This document shows positions 47,127-57,741 of a DNA stretch of 64,000 bases, in pieces (within the stretch, counting starts at the first letter, position 1; each line of letters starts with the position of its first letter). The notes beneath the pieces are model-generated. The model was not told where the DNA came from, did not search any database, and saw only the letters and a list, made by a program, of their open reading frames with translations. The translations under genes and the position numbers were made by a program. This stretch comes from an uncultured delta proteobacterium (GTDB lineage Bacteria; Desulfobacterota; RBG-13-43-22). The stretch spans positions 183,465-247,464 of the forward strand of contig CAVVCH010000053.1 in the NCBI GenBank assembly GCA_963746605.1, read 5' to 3'.

Positions 47127-47159
47127 GAAGATTTTAGACGAAGCGGTCTTGGTGGGTAA

Positions 47160-47561
47160 ATTTTTCCCAGGGAAAGTCAGGCCATATCAAGTAATGCCAG
47201 ATATCGAGGTCCTTCCCGCATTAGGGTTGGTGACCGTAGGCTGACCGCCGTCAGGCCGCCCCTGTTCGATAACCCGACGACTATCGGTGTCTACGATGAC
47301 AAGTCGGAAGCCTTTTTCTCTGCCGATTGCTTTGGGGGCATCATCCCGTCGCCGTCGCAGGATGCCGATGATGTGACCGCGGGGGATCTGGCCCAAGGCC
47401 TGACCACCTGGGCCGGCGCGGACAGTCCATGGCTTCATATGGTTGAGGCGGGGAAATTCAGCCAAGCGCTGGACAGAATTCGCCAAATTGTCCCGAAAAT
47501 GATTTTCTCGGCACACTTGCCACCGGCGCGAGGAAAGACCGACCAGTTCCTGGAGTGTTAG
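47160..47561 (+). pseudogene. possible 3' remnant of an MBL/ODP-fold (flavodiiron-like) gene with no start codon
   Basis: Open frame of 134 codons with no ATG/GTG until codon 72. The translation contains DKSEAFFSADCFGG, reminiscent of the LFSxDAFG motif of ODP/MBL domains. A terminator follows. Confidence 0.3.
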
Positions 47562-47582
47562 GTGTGATTTTGTGGGATTAGG

Positions 47583-47618
47583 GGCTGCCACAGGCATAAG
47601 CCCGTGGCAGCCTGTTTT
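47583..47618 (+). terminator. rho-independent terminator (GGCTGCCAC-N12-GTGGCAGCC + TGTTTT)
   Basis: 9-bp perfect stem with a U-tract on the plus strand. Confidence 0.5.
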
Positions 47619-47670
47619 AGGCTAGTACCCTTAAGTGGCTTCGTCAACTCCAGGCGTCAAAACGGTGCGC

Positions 47671-49413
47671 CTACTTCGTCTGCCTTTTCTGCTTCTCCTC
47701 ATCCTTTAGCACCCGTCTCAAAATTTTGCCCACCGGGGTCATGGGCAGGGCCTCGCGGAACTCCACGGCGTGGGGGCGCTTGTAGGCCGCCATCCGGTCC
47801 CGACAGAATTCAATAATCTCTTCCTCGGTAGCCGTCTCTCCGGGTTTGAGTTGGATAAAGGCCTTGACGGTTTCCCCGCTGCGGGGATTGGGAACGCCGA
47901 TGACGGCGGCATTGGCTACCTTGGGATGTTCGTATAAGATCTCCTCCACCTCCCGCGGGAAGGCCTTCATCCCGCCCACGATAATCATGTCTTTCTTGCG
48001 ATCGGTGATGACCGTGAACCCTTCCTCGTCCAGGTGTCCGATGTCCCCGGTCAGGAAATAGCGGCGGCCGTCTATCATCCGAAAGACCTTTTCATTTTCT
48101 TCCGGCTTGTTCCAGTAGCCCTTCATCACCTGGGGTCCGCTCAGCGCGATCTCCCCGTCTTCTCCCTGGGCCATTTCCCGGTCCCCGGTCTCCACATCAA
48201 GTATTTTGACCATGGTGTCCGGCAGGGGCAGGCCGATGGTCCCGAATTTACGCCCCCGGTGGTTGGTCGGGTTGGTGTGGGTCACCGGGGAGGTCTCGCT
48301 CAGCCCGTAGCCTTCCACCAGGAGTCCGCCATGGGTGAGTTCCTCAAATTTTTTGGCCACCTCCAAGGGCAGAGGCGCCGCCCCGGAAGAACAATAAATG
48401 ATCGAACCGAGGTCGAACTGGTTGATCAGGGGATGATTGATAATGGCGCTGTAAAGGGTGGGGACCCCGTGCAGGATGGTTACTTTATATTTTTGGATCA
48501 GGCGCAGGACTTCGGTAAAGGGTGGGTTCCCGGCCCGGGGATCGGGGACGCAGACGACCCTGAAGCCGCTTCCGCAACACGACAACAACGTCAGGGTCAA
48601 GCCATAGGAATGGTACCAGGGTAAAACCCCCATGTAGGTTTGCTCAGTCTCGGAGACCTTGACGGCCGGGCCGCCGTCCTTGGGCTCCAGCCGGGCCCAC
48701 TCCTCGATCATCCTCAGATTGGAGTAAATGTTGTTATGGGTTAAGGAAGCCCCTTTGGGAACACCGGTGGTGCCTCCGGTGTAGAGGATCAGGGCCAGGT
48801 CCTCCACGGGGTTGATGGTCAATTGAGGAGGGGAGGGCGGGGTCTTCAAGACTTCCTTAAAATGGAGGTGTTTCGGGTCCAGGGCCGGGGCCTTGGGGAT
48901 CTTGCCCAGCAGCCCGCCCAGGACGGCCTTGAGGGGAGGAAGGAAATCTTTGATGGAGCAGACCACCACCGTTTGGACGTCGGTCCCCTTGATGGCCTCC
49001 AGGGCCGTGGGATAGATGACCGGGTGATCCAGCACGAACAGGGCCTTGGCCCCGCAATCCTTGAGCTGAAAGTTCAGTTCGTTGGCCTTATAGAGAGGGT
49101 TGCAGGTGACACAGACCGCCCCGGATTTAAGGGCGCCGAAAAAGGTTACCGGAAAATGAGGAACGTTGGGCAGGAAGAGGGCCACCCGGTCGCCCGGCTG
49201 GACGCCTATTTGGACCAGGAAGGTGGAAACCCGGTCAGCCATATCCAGAATTTGCCTGTAGGTCTGCTCGTGGTCGGCAAAAATGGTATAGGTGCGGTTG
49301 GGATATTTTTGGGCCGTTTCTTCAAGCACCTTGAAGAGCGGTTGGGGCTCGTAGGTCAGGGAATGAGGGACCTCCGGGGGCCATTTATATTTGTGCCAAA
49401 GCTGTTCTTCCAT
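47671..49413 (-). CDS. fadD: long-chain fatty acid-CoA ligase (AMP-binding enzyme)
   Basis: AMP-binding motifs LYTGGTTGVPKG, GYGLSET, and the C-terminal GKILRR. Confidence 0.9.
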   Translation of the reverse strand: MEEQLWHKYKWPPEVPHSLTYEPQPLFKVLEETAQKYPNRTYTIFADHEQTYRQILDMADRVSTFLVQIGVQPGDRVALFLPNVPHFPVTFFGALKSGAVCVTCNPLYKANELNFQLKDCGAKALFVLDHPVIYPTALEAIKGTDVQTVVVCSIKDFLPPLKAVLGGLLGKIPKAPALDPKHLHFKEVLKTPPSPPQLTINPVEDLALILYTGGTTGVPKGASLTHNNIYSNLRMIEEWARLEPKDGGPAVKVSETEQTYMGVLPWYHSYGLTLTLLSCCGSGFRVVCVPDPRAGNPPFTEVLRLIQKYKVTILHGVPTLYSAIINHPLINQFDLGSIIYCSSGAAPLPLEVAKKFEELTHGGLLVEGYGLSETSPVTHTNPTNHRGRKFGTIGLPLPDTMVKILDVETGDREMAQGEDGEIALSGPQVMKGYWNKPEENEKVFRMIDGRRYFLTGDIGHLDEEGFTVITDRKKDMIIVGGMKAFPREVEEILYEHPKVANAAVIGVPNPRSGETVKAFIQLKPGETATEEEIIEFCRDRMAAYKRPHAVEFREALPMTPVGKILRRVLKDEEKQKRQTK

Positions 49414-49590
49414 GACGGGTCTCCTTTTTCGTATTTTAGGAATATCGCTAAAGATTTCCTCCGGAGAGGAAAAACGTGCGGGGAGTCTTTTGGGAAGGGA
49501 TCATAATGCAAAAACCGACACAGATCAATAGAAGTTTTTCAGGCTTTTTGTTTGACAGGATAAGCAACCCGACCCTATACTTTTTCCGAA

Positions 49591-50499
49591 ATGTTTGGTT
49601 TGAAGGATTTCTTTCTATTGATGACGATTTTTGGCTCCATGGGCCTGGGTCTTTACTGGCCGGCCGTGGGGCGACCCCTGACCCCCGGACTGACCTATTT
49701 CCTGATATTTCTCCTTTTCTTGAGTTTCCTGCAGTTGAAAATGGAAGAAGTCTGGACCTCCTGGAAAAAACACGGCTTCCATTTATTAACGCTGGGCATC
49801 ATCAAACTTCTGGCCTTGCCCCTCAGTCTTTATTTCCTGTTTCATTGGCTTTGGCCGGAATACGCCCTGCCGGTCCTGTTGTTGAGCGGCGTTTCCACCG
49901 GGGTGACGGCCCCCTTTATTTCCGATCTGGTGGGGGCGCAAACCACCCTGGTGCTGGGCATGGTGGTCCTTACCTCCCTCTTCGTGCCTTTTTCTCTGCC
50001 CTTATTGGTCCGGTTTTTGTCAGGAGCGGAGCTGCAGATTTCCTTCGGGGCTATGTTTCAGGTTTTGGCCCTGGTCATTTTTTTTCCGGCCCTGCTGGTG
50101 GCCGTCCTCCGGAGGATCTGCCCCCGATTTTTGGAAAGGCTTTCGGCCGTCCGGTATCCTTTGTCGCTCTTCTGCTTTGCCTGTATCAATCTGGCGATCT
50201 TTTCCCGTTACCAGGATTTTTTCTGGGAGCGCCCGCAGGAAATTCTGAATACCACCCTGGTAGCTTACCTGCTGGCTCTGATTTTCCATGGGGTGGGCTG
50301 GTTCGTATTCAGGGGCCAGCAGGTGGAGGTGCGTCTGGCGCAGACGGTCTCTCTGGCTTATGTCAATAATATCCTGGTGGTGGTTTTCTCCGCCCGTTTT
50401 TTCGGTCCCCTGGCTACGACCCTGTCAGTGATGTACCTGCTGCCGTTTTTCACCCTGATTGTCCCTTTGCGCCTATTAGGAGGTTCGACCCGATCATGA
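49591..50499 (+). CDS. polytopic membrane transporter, bile acid:sodium symporter (BASS/SBF)-like
   Basis: About 9 transmembrane helices in 302 aa. The family assignment is tentative. Confidence 0.55.
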   Translation: MFGLKDFFLLMTIFGSMGLGLYWPAVGRPLTPGLTYFLIFLLFLSFLQLKMEEVWTSWKKHGFHLLTLGIIKLLALPLSLYFLFHWLWPEYALPVLLLSGVSTGVTAPFISDLVGAQTTLVLGMVVLTSLFVPFSLPLLVRFLSGAELQISFGAMFQVLALVIFFPALLVAVLRRICPRFLERLSAVRYPLSLFCFACINLAIFSRYQDFFWERPQEILNTTLVAYLLALIFHGVGWFVFRGQQVEVRLAQTVSLAYVNNILVVVFSARFFGPLATTLSVMYLLPFFTLIVPLRLLGGSTRS

Positions 50500-52865
50500 T
50501 CCCTGTCGCCACCCGTGAACAATTGGAATTTCATAAACTGTTGACCTTGACGGCAGAAGCTGCTCACAGCGAGCCCTCCCGAAAGGCCATCCGGGCCATA
50601 GAACCCTTAGAAAGCATAGAAGTCATTCAAGAGCGCCAAGCGCGGATCGAGGAGGTCCGCCGCTTAGACCGGGAGGGGGTCCCTTTGTCCCTGGTCCCCT
50701 TCGTCGATTTACAGCCCTTTCTGCTCCGGGTTCGGCCTCAGGGGGCCATTTTAGAACCGATCGAACTGGCGGCCTTTGTCCCGGCCCTGGGGCTGATCGA
50801 AGCCCTGGGGCTGCAGATCAGGGAACGAAATGACCTGCCGCATCTCCGAAAGCTGATCGAGGGTTTCAACGGCCATCCGGAATTGTTGCAAGCCCTGAGA
50901 CGGTCCCTGGACGACGAAGGAAATATCCTGGACCAGGCCTCATTCCTATTGGCAGATTTGCGTTCCCAGGTCAGGCAGGTGGAAGCCCGGATTCGCAAAC
51001 AACTCACCGACCTGATTCAGGACCATAGACTGTCCACCCTCCTGCAGGATGATTTTGTCACCCAGCGATCCGGCCGCTGGGTCATTCCGGTACGGATGGA
51101 GGCCCGCTTCCAGATCCCCGGCGTAGTCCACGATGTTTCCCGGTCCGGAGAGACGGCTTTCGTGGAACCAACGGCCATCATTCAGCTCTCCAACCAACTG
51201 GAAAACCTGGTGGCCGAGGAGAAAGCGGAAGAGAACCGCATCCTGCGGGAGTTTTCCTCCCGGATTCGGGAGATCACCCGCGAGCTGGAGGTGGAACTAC
51301 GCATCCTGATCACCCTGGATTTGCTGCAGGCACTGGCCAGACTGGCGGACCGTTTGCGTATGGAGCCGCCCCGGATTAACCAGGAGGGTTTCTTCGAAGT
51401 GGTTCAGGGCCGGCACCCGCTCCTGGAACTGTCTTTTCAACGGCAGGCAACAAAAGCCGAAGTGGTGCCCTTGGATATCCGTTTGAGCGAGGGGGCCAAG
51501 GTTATGGTCATTACCGGATCCAACGCCGGCGGCAAGACGGTGGCCCTCAAAACCGTGGGCCTGTTGACGCTCATGGCCCTAGCCGGGATGCCGGTGCCGG
51601 CCCGGGACACCTCCAGCTTTCCTCTGGTCGACAAACTCCTGGTGGATATGGGGGACGAACAGTCCATCGAGAGCAGCCTCTCTACTTTCTCGGCGCATAT
51701 CCGCCGCCTGTCGGAAATACTGAGCCGGGCCGATCAGGGCTCAATCGTTCTGCTGGACGAATTGGGAACCAGCACCGATCCGGACGAAGGGGCTGCTCTG
51801 GCCTGCGCCATATTAAGGCGCCTCCAGGAGTTGGGGGCCCTGGTGATCGCCACCACCCATCTGGCCGGAATCAAGGTCTTCGCCGAATATACGGAGGGTT
51901 TGCTCAATGCCGCTATGGCCTTCGATCCTCTGACCTTGACGCCGCTCTACCGGTTAAAGGCCGGAGAACCGGGGCTTTCCCACGCCCTGGAGGTGGCGCA
52001 GCGCTACGGTCTGGACCCCTCGATTATCACCTCGGCCCGGGGGCTACTGGGTGAGCAAAAGGTGCGATTGGACCGTTTGATTATTGACTTGAGCGAACAG
52101 AAAAATAAATATGAAACGGCCTGTCAGGAGATTAAACAGAGCGAAGCGGCTTTGGCCGCTAAAGAGCGGGCCTTGGAGGAGGAACGGAAAGACCTGGAAG
52201 AGGAAAGGAAAAAGGTTTTATCCAAGACCTTTCAGGAGGCCTCGGACTATCTGACTTCCATCCGCCGCCGGATGCAGACCCTGATGGATGAAATCCGGGA
52301 AAAAGGGAGGGCCCGAGGTAAGGAGGCCTTCAAGGAAGTGGGAAAAATTCAGGAGGAAGTCCACGAAAATCTAAAACGGTACTCCGGTCAGGAATCCCGT
52401 CGGCCCCTGACTTTGGAGGAGGTTCAGGAAGGCCGGATGGTTTTCATTTCTTCTTTAGGCTACGACGCCAAGGTCGCTTCCGTTCTTAAGAAACAAAAAC
52501 GGGTCAAGGTCCGGGCCGAAGGATTTGAAATCGAAGTCCCTATCCAGGAAGTGAGCCGGGCGTCCGGGATCCGGCCGGTCCCAAAATCATCGGCTTCGCC
52601 GCGGCCCCTGTCCGTGGAAGGACCGCCCGCCCGCCTGAACCTGATCGGCCTGCGGGTGGACGAGGCCCTGTCCCGGCTGGAACCCTTTTTGAACCAGGCC
52701 TCCCTGGGCGGTCTGACCGAAGTGATTATCGTTCACGGCTTCGGTGAGGGGATCCTGCAGCGGGCCGTTCAGGAGCATTTAAAGGGCCACCCCCTGGTCA
52801 AGGATTTCAGACCCGGGGCTAAACCGGAAGGCGGGGCCGGGGCCACAGTGGCGACACTGCTTTAA
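50496..52865 (+). CDS. mutS2: endonuclease MutS2 (MutS domains plus C-terminal Smr)
   Basis: Walker A ITGSNAGGKT. C-terminal Smr domain (LNLIGLRVDEALSRLEPFLNQA...VIIVHGFGEGILQRAVQEHL). Confidence 0.9.
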   Translation: MIPVATREQLEFHKLLTLTAEAAHSEPSRKAIRAIEPLESIEVIQERQARIEEVRRLDREGVPLSLVPFVDLQPFLLRVRPQGAILEPIELAAFVPALGLIEALGLQIRERNDLPHLRKLIEGFNGHPELLQALRRSLDDEGNILDQASFLLADLRSQVRQVEARIRKQLTDLIQDHRLSTLLQDDFVTQRSGRWVIPVRMEARFQIPGVVHDVSRSGETAFVEPTAIIQLSNQLENLVAEEKAEENRILREFSSRIREITRELEVELRILITLDLLQALARLADRLRMEPPRINQEGFFEVVQGRHPLLELSFQRQATKAEVVPLDIRLSEGAKVMVITGSNAGGKTVALKTVGLLTLMALAGMPVPARDTSSFPLVDKLLVDMGDEQSIESSLSTFSAHIRRLSEILSRADQGSIVLLDELGTSTDPDEGAALACAILRRLQELGALVIATTHLAGIKVFAEYTEGLLNAAMAFDPLTLTPLYRLKAGEPGLSHALEVAQRYGLDPSIITSARGLLGEQKVRLDRLIIDLSEQKNKYETACQEIKQSEAALAAKERALEEERKDLEEERKKVLSKTFQEASDYLTSIRRRMQTLMDEIREKGRARGKEAFKEVGKIQEEVHENLKRYSGQESRRPLTLEEVQEGRMVFISSLGYDAKVASVLKKQKRVKVRAEGFEIEVPIQEVSRASGIRPVPKSSASPRPLSVEGPPARLNLIGLRVDEALSRLEPFLNQASLGGLTEVIIVHGFGEGILQRAVQEHLKGHPLVKDFRPGAKPEGGAGATVATLL

Positions 52866-54124
52866 TGGAGAATCTACCGACCTCCCGAGAAATTTCCCAC
52901 CGGGCCTGGGCCATTTTCTGGATCGGCTGTGTGGGATTTGTGCTTTCCATGTTTTACCGTCTGTCGATTACGGTCATCAGCCCGGATCTGGCCCGGGATC
53001 TGAATCTGAATGCGGTCCAGCTCGGTTCTCTATCGGCGGCCTTCTTCTATGGTTTTGCTGTCACGCAGCTCCCCCTGGGAATGGCCCTGGACACCATCGG
53101 CGCCCGGACGGTCGTAACCATTTTGAATGCCTTGGGGATCCTGGGGGCGGTCATCTTCGCCGTGGCCCAGACATCCGGCCAGGCCTTCTGGGCGCGCGTA
53201 CTGATGGGAATCGGGATGAGCTGTAACCTCATGGGCCTGCTGGCCCTTATGGCGGCCTGGTTCCCCGCCGAGCGGTTTGCCTCGCTGCTGGGCTTGTTCG
53301 TGGGGATCGGTTCCCTGGGCGGCCTGCTGGCCGCCTCACCTCTCGCCCTGCTGACCGGGCAGTTTGGCTGGCGGGGGAGTTTCCTGTTTATCGCCCTGGT
53401 GAATGCCGCTCATACTCTGGCTTTTTTTCTGGTGGTCCGAAATCGGCCGGATGAAAAACCCGAGCTGAAAATTTCGGTCTCCAATCCATTGAAGGGATTG
53501 TGGCAGGTAATCAAATTCCCCTCATACTGGTGGATCAGTCTAGGCACCTTTTTCCGTTACGGCTGTCTGACGGCCCTGCAGGGCCTCTGGGCCGGCCCGT
53601 ATCTCATCAACGTTCAGGGAATGAGCGTCCTGGAGGTGGGGAATGTGTTGTTGGTGATGGGCCTGGGCTATGTGATCGGGCTGCCCCTTTTCGGACGAAT
53701 CAGCGACCACTTGGTCCGGTCCCGGAAATGGGTGATTCAGCCTTCCCTTTTCGGCATGGCGGTACTGTTCCTTTTCCTGGTTTTCTGGCCGAAAGGGGTC
53801 CATCCGCTGGGCATCTATCTCTTGTTTTTCGCTTTGGGGATGCTGGCCGCTCCCGGCCAGATTATGTATTCCCATATCAAGGAATTGGTTCCTGCGGAGG
53901 TCATGGGGACCGCCACTACCGGAATCAACCTCTTTACCATGCTGGGCCCGGCGTTTATCATGCCGGCCATGGGGCTGGTGGTGGCCGGAGGCCCCTTGGC
54001 CCTGCATAGCCCGGAAGCCTTCCGCCCGGCCTGGCTGCTCTGCGTGGCCGGATTGGGCTTGTCCGGAGTGCTCTATCTTTTGGTGCCCGAGAGTTCCTTG
54101 TTCAAAAGAAATCCTAGGATCTGA
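52865..54124 (+). CDS. MFS transporter
   Basis: 12 transmembrane helices. MFS loop motif between TM2 and TM3 (GMALDTIGARTV). Confidence 0.85.
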   Translation: MENLPTSREISHRAWAIFWIGCVGFVLSMFYRLSITVISPDLARDLNLNAVQLGSLSAAFFYGFAVTQLPLGMALDTIGARTVVTILNALGILGAVIFAVAQTSGQAFWARVLMGIGMSCNLMGLLALMAAWFPAERFASLLGLFVGIGSLGGLLAASPLALLTGQFGWRGSFLFIALVNAAHTLAFFLVVRNRPDEKPELKISVSNPLKGLWQVIKFPSYWWISLGTFFRYGCLTALQGLWAGPYLINVQGMSVLEVGNVLLVMGLGYVIGLPLFGRISDHLVRSRKWVIQPSLFGMAVLFLFLVFWPKGVHPLGIYLLFFALGMLAAPGQIMYSHIKELVPAEVMGTATTGINLFTMLGPAFIMPAMGLVVAGGPLALHSPEAFRPAWLLCVAGLGLSGVLYLLVPESSLFKRNPRI

Positions 54125-54127
54125 GGT

Positions 54128-54523
54128 ATGCCGATCAGCCGGCCGAAACAGCAGGAGTTGGAAGAGCGGTTGCAGGCCCTGGGAATTCGACGGGAGGACG
54201 TGCTCGAACAGTTTGTCCGTGCCTCCGGGCCGGGTGGGCAGAAGGTCAACAAGACCTCCAGCGCGGTCTACCTTAAACACCTGCCCAGCGGTATTGAAGT
54301 AAAGGCACAGAAAGACCGATCGCAGGGGATCAACCGTTTCCTGGCCTGGCGGCTTTTGGCCGATAAAGTGGAGGCCCATCTAACCGGTAAAGACCCAAAG
54401 GCGGCGGAGCTTGATCGCTTCCGGAAACAGAAACAGCGGCGGCAGCGAAAGACTCGGGGGAAGGAGAAGGGAGATGGAAGAGGGAAGAGGGAAGCAAAAC
54501 ATAAAGGAGAGGGGCATGAATAA
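54128..54523 (+). CDS. arfB: peptidyl-tRNA hydrolase ArfB-like (RF-1 domain protein)
   Basis: GGQ motif in [15 protein letters not shown]. Basic C-terminal tail. Confidence 0.8.
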   Translation: MPISRPKQQELEERLQALGIRREDVLEQFVRASGPGGQKVNKTSSAVYLKHLPSGIEVKAQKDRSQGINRFLAWRLLADKVEAHLTGKDPKAAELDRFRKQKQRRQRKTRGKEKGDGRGKREAKHKGEGHE

Positions 54524-54728
54524 GAAGCTTATCGTTATCCTGGTGTTGGTCGGTTTGGCTTTTGTTTTAATACTCCAGAACACCCAGAGCGTCTCCTTGA
54601 ATTTTTTCTTCTGGAGCCTGGTTATGCCTCTGGTGGTCCTGGTGGTGACGCTCTTTATCCTGGGGTTTATTATCGGTTTCCTGGCAGGCAGGGTTCGGAA
54701 CTCCAAGGGATTAAATAAAAAAGCCTGA
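54517..54728 (+). CDS. LapA/DUF1049-like small inner-membrane protein
   Basis: 70 aa with two transmembrane helices. Start taken at the Met at 54517 ([16 protein letters not shown]...). Confidence 0.5.
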
Positions 54729-54930
54729 ATGGCCGAATAAGGAGGAATATTTCAATTTATGGCTGCCCGGAAATTGGGGATCGACCGGGAACCAAACGAG
54801 GCAAGACAGGTTTTTATAAATCGAAGATTACTTTCAAGGTTTGGTTGATCTTTTTAGGCGCCAATAATTCATTTGTCAAGATCGGAAGACTTGGCCCCGG
54901 ATGGTTTCATCCTTACCAAGCCCTTCTTTT

Positions 54931-55026
54931 CCGGGACCCCCGAGCCCCCAGCTCGGCATTATTTAAGGGGCCTTGTCCCCAACTCTACTTCTTGAAATTA
55001 CCGAGCTGGGGCTCGGCGTCCCCGGG
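54931..55026. repeat. hairpin element with 26-bp imperfect inverted-repeat arms (CCGGGACCCCCGAGCCCCCAGCTCGG ... CCGAGCTGGGGCTCGGCGTCCCCGGG)
   Basis: Arms separated by a 44-nt loop. Sits where a higB toxin gene would be expected upstream of higA. Confidence 0.5.
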
Positions 55027-55128
55027 AGGTGGGGTCCAAGGGTTCCCAAGCTAAAGGATTTAATCTATGATTTCCGATTTCAATTGAAAATAGATATTGA
55101 CTAATGTAACCGCATATCGTCGATTACG

Positions 55129-55491
55129 GTGATTATCATTAGGAGTAATGAAATGAGAAGAATGATCAGACGCCCAACGCACCCCGGAATTATCATAAAG
55201 GAAGATTATCTTTTGCCTTTGACCGTAACCATAACGGATATGGCTGATACGCTCGGTGTTTCCAGGAAAACATTGTCTAAAATAATCAATGAAAGAGGCG
55301 CCATAACGCCTGATATGGCTTTGCGATTATCCCGGGCCTTTGGCACCACTCCTGATTTTTGGCTAACTTTGCAGAAAAACTATGATTTATGGCAGGCCGA
55401 GACTGCATCAACGGACTGGCAAAAGGTGAAACCGTTCCCCCGTCGTATCCTCCATCATAATTCATCGCCTTACAATGAACGAGGCGTTTAA
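55129..55491 (+). CDS. higA: HigA-family antitoxin (XRE-type HTH), with no adjacent toxin
   Basis: HTH segment MADTLGVSRKTLSKIINERGAITPDMALRLSRAFGTTPDFWLTLQ. Likely start is the Met at 55153. Confidence 0.75.
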   Translation: MIIIRSNEMRRMIRRPTHPGIIIKEDYLLPLTVTITDMADTLGVSRKTLSKIINERGAITPDMALRLSRAFGTTPDFWLTLQKNYDLWQAETASTDWQKVKPFPRRILHHNSSPYNERGV

Positions 55492-56086
55492 AGATCTGGA
55501 ATCACCAACCAAATTGGGGAAAATCGAGACAACACCGATATTCCACCTCCATCGCGGGACACGGTTCGGTCCGGTGGCCATCCTGTGGTCGGTCCATCAA
55601 GGTCAGCCGAAGATCCGGCGCGTCCTGCTTTCCCGGCCAGGACTTTCGGCCAAACAGACCCTCAAATCCTTGTTTCCGGATTCCAGGGGTTCTTCGTGTG
55701 TCGAGATCGATGGGGTGGCCGACCGGATTGCGGCCTTCCTGGCCGGAGAGGACATCCGCTTCTCCCTGGCCGTCGCCCGCCTCGATCTGTGTTCCCCGTT
55801 CCAGCAGAAGGTCCTACGGGCCGAACACGGAATTCCCCGGGGAAGGGTGAGCACCTATCAGCGGATCGCCGGGCATCTGGGAAATCCGCAGGCTGCCCGA
55901 GCCGTCGGCACCGCTCTGGCCCACAACCCTTTTCCCATCATCGTCCCCTGTCACCGAGCCATCCGCTCCAACGGAACACTCGGCGGATTTCAGGGTGGGA
56001 TGGAAATGAAGCGGGCTTTACTGGAAATGGAAGGAGTCCTGGTTGACACTTCGGATCGTGTCGTTTCAGGACAACTTTTCTACTGA
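55475..56086 (+). CDS. ogt: methylated-DNA-protein-cysteine methyltransferase
   Basis: Active site PCHR (IVPCHRAIRSNG) and the DNA-binding wing RVSTYQRIAGHLGNPQAARAVGTA. Confidence 0.85.
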   Translation: MNEAFKDLESPTKLGKIETTPIFHLHRGTRFGPVAILWSVHQGQPKIRRVLLSRPGLSAKQTLKSLFPDSRGSSCVEIDGVADRIAAFLAGEDIRFSLAVARLDLCSPFQQKVLRAEHGIPRGRVSTYQRIAGHLGNPQAARAVGTALAHNPFPIIVPCHRAIRSNGTLGGFQGGMEMKRALLEMEGVLVDTSDRVVSGQLFY

Positions 56087-56222
56087 ATATGGGGATGCGT
56101 TTACCCGGCCGCTTCACCTGATTGCAGACGATCCGGCTCCCGGCGAGTTTCACGATGGGCCTATTGCAAGCGACCTAATTGGCGAGTCCCTTTTCAATTG
56201 ACATCTAAGCTGGTATGATATA

Positions 56223-56486
56223 TTGTCATACTGGAGGTGGGCCATGTCAACAGAAAAAATCGCGATCACGATGGATGAAAACACGCTTCATCGGCTTGAC
56301 CGTCTGGTCAAGGATCGGGTGTTTCCGAATCGAAGCAAAGCCATTCAGGATTTGGTGGAAGAAAAACTGAAGAAACTTGAACGAACCCGCCTGGCCAGGG
56401 AATGTGCGAAGCTTGATCCGGTTGGGGAGAAGGCCATGGCCGAAGAGGGCCTGGGCGAGGAAATGGAACGGTGGCCAGAATACTAA
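56223..56486 (+). CDS. ribbon-helix-helix (CopG/MazE-type) antitoxin
   Basis: [35 protein letters not shown] matches an RHH fold. Overlaps the mazF start. A TTGACA-N15-TATATT promoter-like sequence lies at 56198-56230. Confidence 0.7.
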   Translation: MSYWRWAMSTEKIAITMDENTLHRLDRLVKDRVFPNRSKAIQDLVEEKLKKLERTRLARECAKLDPVGEKAMAEEGLGEEMERWPEY

Positions 56487-56809
56487 GGGGGGAGATCCGT
56501 TGGGCAGATTTGAATCCTGTAAAAGGGAAGGAACAAGCAGGCCTGCGACCGGTGGTTATTCTCAGCCAAGATGTATTCAATGAACGTTCAGGGACCGTAA
56601 TCGCCGTGGCTGTAACCCGTCGGTTTCAACCTGCCGGGTTTCCTCTAACACTTAAACTCGATTCAAAAGGCCTTCCTAAAAATTCATGGGTGAAAATCAG
56701 TCAGATCCGGACACTCTCAACAGAGCGGATCGGCAAAAAAATCGGTACAGTCTCACCAGAAGAGTTGGATCAAATCATAGTTGGCTTGGAGGAGATCATC
56801 GGGGGCTGA
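56471..56809 (+). CDS. mazF: MazF/PemK-family endoribonuclease toxin
   Basis: [44 protein letters not shown] is the classic PemK/MazF signature. Confidence 0.9.
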   Translation: MARILRGEIRWADLNPVKGKEQAGLRPVVILSQDVFNERSGTVIAVAVTRRFQPAGFPLTLKLDSKGLPKNSWVKISQIRTLSTERIGKKIGTVSPEELDQIIVGLEEIIGG

Positions 56810-57130
56810 CCAATCCACCCCCGGGGAGAAAGACTCAAATTTCCCCCTCACAGGCACCGGTTTCATGCATGAGACACCTGTGGATCCTGGGGTGCATTGA
56901 ATACCCGATCCCCAACGCTTGCCAGCATTCAATCCGGTACATCACCCTACAGCGGTATCCATCGATCGCCCCGATCTGTTTCATCCCGTTTTCTCAATTC
57001 GATCCAACACTCCCATTCGTCCTCTCCTTTTTTGAAAAAAACTTATAGCCAGAGCAAAAGGGCATTTGTTAGAATGGTATTATAAATTATAAAGTTCTAA
57101 AATTATAATTTTTATAATGAAAAAACAGGG

Positions 57131-57424
57131 GTGAATGAAATGCCTTTAATCAAAGTTAAAAAGAATTTTCAGATTACTATACCTACCGCTCTAAGAAAGG
57201 CTCTAAAAATTGCTGTTGGCGATTATTTGGAGGTTGAAAGACAAGATTGCGAGTTGATCTTAAAGCCGGTCAAGCTGGTTCATCCCGACCAGGCTTATTT
57301 TTTCACTAAAGAGTGGCAGGAGTGTGAAGCGCGGGCGGACGAGGCAATTGCCAAGGGCGAGGTGTTAGGGCCGTTTGACGACCTCAAGAAAGGCCTCAAA
57401 GCCCTGAAGACCGCTAAAATATGA
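57131..57424 (+). CDS. AbrB/MazE/SpoVT-family antitoxin
   Basis: Looped-hinge helix motif (IKVKKNFQITIPTALRKALKIAVGDYLEV). Overlaps the toxin gene start by 4 nt. Confidence 0.75.
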   Translation: MNEMPLIKVKKNFQITIPTALRKALKIAVGDYLEVERQDCELILKPVKLVHPDQAYFFTKEWQECEARADEAIAKGEVLGPFDDLKKGLKALKTAKI

Positions 57425-57678
57425 AACTGGCCTTTACCAAACACTTTGTCCGGGATTATCGGAAGCTACTCCCCGAAATCCAAAAAACCGTGGACAAACA
57501 GCTCGAATTACTATTATCAAGTCCCCAGCACCCCTCTTTGAATTTCAAGAAAATGCAGGACCCACGTAATATTTGGGAATGCCGGGTCACCGCTGCCTAT
57601 CGCTTTACCCTTCAAATTGAAAATGAGGTCTACTTTTTGAGAAAAGTAGGCACGCATGACATTTTGAATCATCCCTGA
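57421..57678 (+). CDS. RelE/ParE-family toxin
   Basis: 85 aa. FTKHFVRDYRKL...WECRV...YRFTLQIENEVYFLRKVGTHD fits the RelE/YoeB fold pattern. Confidence 0.8.
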   Translation: MKLAFTKHFVRDYRKLLPEIQKTVDKQLELLLSSPQHPSLNFKKMQDPRNIWECRVTAAYRFTLQIENEVYFLRKVGTHDILNHP

Positions 57679-57741
57679 TCAATCTTCAGCGCTTCCACGC
57701 GCGGGGATCAGGCCTGTCGCCGGTCGGGACGACTCCGATCC

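Noticed and set aside
47187-47597. Minus-strand 136-aa ORF
   Set aside because: Low-complexity, Arg/Gly-rich translation. The plus-strand frame over the same DNA looks like a real but truncated MBL/ODP-like gene remnant. The minus ORF is probably an artefact.
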